Assembly: GCA_963828255.1 (NCBI GenBank)
Contig: CAWHDZ010000026.1
Location: 49,509-113,508 of the forward strand
Reading direction: 5' to 3'
Length of the DNA stretch: 64,000 bases
DNA from: an uncultured delta proteobacterium
GTDB taxonomy: Bacteria; Myxococcota; Myxococcia; Myxococcales; Anaeromyxobacteraceae
Below the pieces are notes generated by a model. That model worked only from the letters and a program-made list of their open reading frames with translations, had not been told where the DNA came from and did no database searches. How positions within the stretch are numbered: position 1 is the stretch's first letter; every line of letters starts with the position of its first letter. The position numbers were made by a program, and so were the translations under genes. Below, piece after piece: positions 62,901 to 64,000 of this stretch.

Positions 62901-63456
62901 GACGTTCACCACCGTGACCGGCGCCGCCGCGGCGACCTGCGGTGCGGCCACCCCGGGGGCGACGGCGATCGCGGCCGGTGCCACCCAGGACTACGCCTTC
63001 GACTGCGCGGTGTCGGGCGCGGGCACGCTCACGTTCACGGCGAGCGCGAGCGGCACGGCGGCGGGGACCGGGGACCCGCTCGTGGCCGAGGCCACCACGT
63101 CGCCTTCGACCACGGTCCAGGTCGCGGCGGTGGTGACTGCCGGCCTTCTCTCGTCGACGCCTGCCCCCGTGCCCGTCGACGCCACGTTCTCGATCACCCT
63201 GCTGCTCTCGAAGACCGGGGAGGCGCGGGCCACCGTGAACGCGGCATCGCTCACCGGGCCCGGGATCCGGTGCACCGATCCGCTCCTTCCCGTCACCGAC
63301 ATCCCGGGCAGCCTGGCGGTCACCTGGACGGCCTGCGATGCGTTCCCGAACGCCCGCCAGGTGCCCATCCAGGCCACGGTCACCTGGGTGGACCAGAACG
63401 ACCCGGGGCGAGAGTGGACGACCGCCCCGGTGAACGGGATCATCGACGTGCAGTGA
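59903..63456 (+). CDS. Giant Ala/Thr/Gly-rich Ig-repeat lipoprotein (IPT/CARDB-like), frameshifted in repeat 3
   Basis: LSGC lipobox; repeated V.NTG..FTWT modules; +1 indel near 62608 and about 2 bases missing near 62714-62726; coding resumes in ORF 62779-63456. Confidence 0.8.
61681..63120 (+). repeat. Four tandem ~360-bp (120-aa) intragenic repeats
   Basis: GGCCGGGCTCTCGGTGG..GCCCAGCCGCCG unit starts at about 61681, 62041, 62401 and 62760. Confidence 0.92.
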
Positions 63457-63488
63457 AGCTTGCCAGAGGGACGCCTCGCGGTACCGCG

Positions 63489-63513
63489 GCGGGAGCCGGG
63501 GCTCGGCTCCCGC
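63489..63513. terminator. Hairpin downstream of the lipoprotein gene
   Basis: GCGGGAGCCG-gggct-CGGCTCCCGC. Confidence 0.5.
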
Positions 63514-63574
63514 GCAGACCTGCGCCGTCCTCGAGCAAGCACGCCTTCAGGAAGAGATCAGCTCGCCTGCAGGC

Positions 63575-63815
63575 TCATGGCGTGAAGGCGGCCGTGACGT
63601 TTCTCGCGCCGCCCATGCTCAGGAGACAGGGCCCGGTGCCGGTGCAGGCGCCCCCCCATCCCGAGAAGGTCGAGCCGGCGCCGGCCTTCGACACCGTGAG
63701 CGTATAGAGGGTCCGGACGAAGGTCGTGGTCACCGACCTCGAGGTGGCCATGGTCACCGTGCAGGTGTTGCCTGCGGTGCTGTCGCAACCCGTGAGGAGA
63801 AGGCCAGCGCCTGCG
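63575..63815 (-). pseudogene. Remnant of divergent InlB B-repeat-like surface protein
   Basis: GCDS..GNTCTVTM..SRSVTTTF..YTLTVSKAGAG|STFSGWGGACTGTGPC.LSM..ARNVTAAF; no credible start. Confidence 0.55.
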
Positions 63816-64000
63816 TCCGTCGTCCCATGGGGAGTTCTCCGAGCCAACCGTTGGTCCAGCATCCCGACGGGCCCGGTCACGCATCGTTGCACGGGTGACT
63901 TTGGGGAATCGATCGAAATTCCCGCGGCCCCGGGATGGGATGGACCCACACAGAAACCTCCCCGCACTGTGCCCGCCTCCCGCCGTCGCGTAAGATGCCC

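Noticed and set aside
61681..63120. Repeat array as CRISPR or mobile element
   Set aside because: Contiguous 360-bp coding repeats with no unique spacers and no cas genes or transposase

Overview
Very GC-rich bacterial chromosome segment. Gene content (Ser/Thr kinase-TPR protein, HprK with a mannose-class PTS, myxobacterial-type hypotheticals) suggests an Anaeromyxobacter-like Myxococcota genome; this is an inference. Most of the window is housekeeping, in this order: hprK-rapZ-complete mannose-class PTS-ptsH-ptsI; metK-uppP-Nudix-manC-manB; rqcH/NFACT plus a SprT-like HExxH protein; two GT-C membrane glycosyltransferases facing dedA; argC/argB with a divergent M20 hydrolase; astA, dtd and HIT; a Liv-type ABC transporter with an embedded acyl-CoA ligase and a PaaK-like ligase running into a near-complete aromatic amino-acid operon; a Ser/Thr kinase; an OPT transporter; an RluA-family enzyme; an M64 peptidase; hflX; and a beta-barrel gene paired with a giant Ig-repeat lipoprotein carrying four 360-bp tandem repeats. 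I saw no rRNA, tRNA, CRISPR array or classical transposase. The most notable signal missing from the ORF track is a 24-aa Lys/Ala micro-ORF (12040-12114) with its own promoter, strong RBS and twin hairpins directly in front of the ribosome-quality-control gene rqcH. Other notable items are a decaying HNH-nuclease element with a structured 5' leader and a palindromic/duplicated 3' junction, several internally deleted gene remnants, and many apparently leaderless gene starts. All calls come from reading motifs by eye; no database searches were run.
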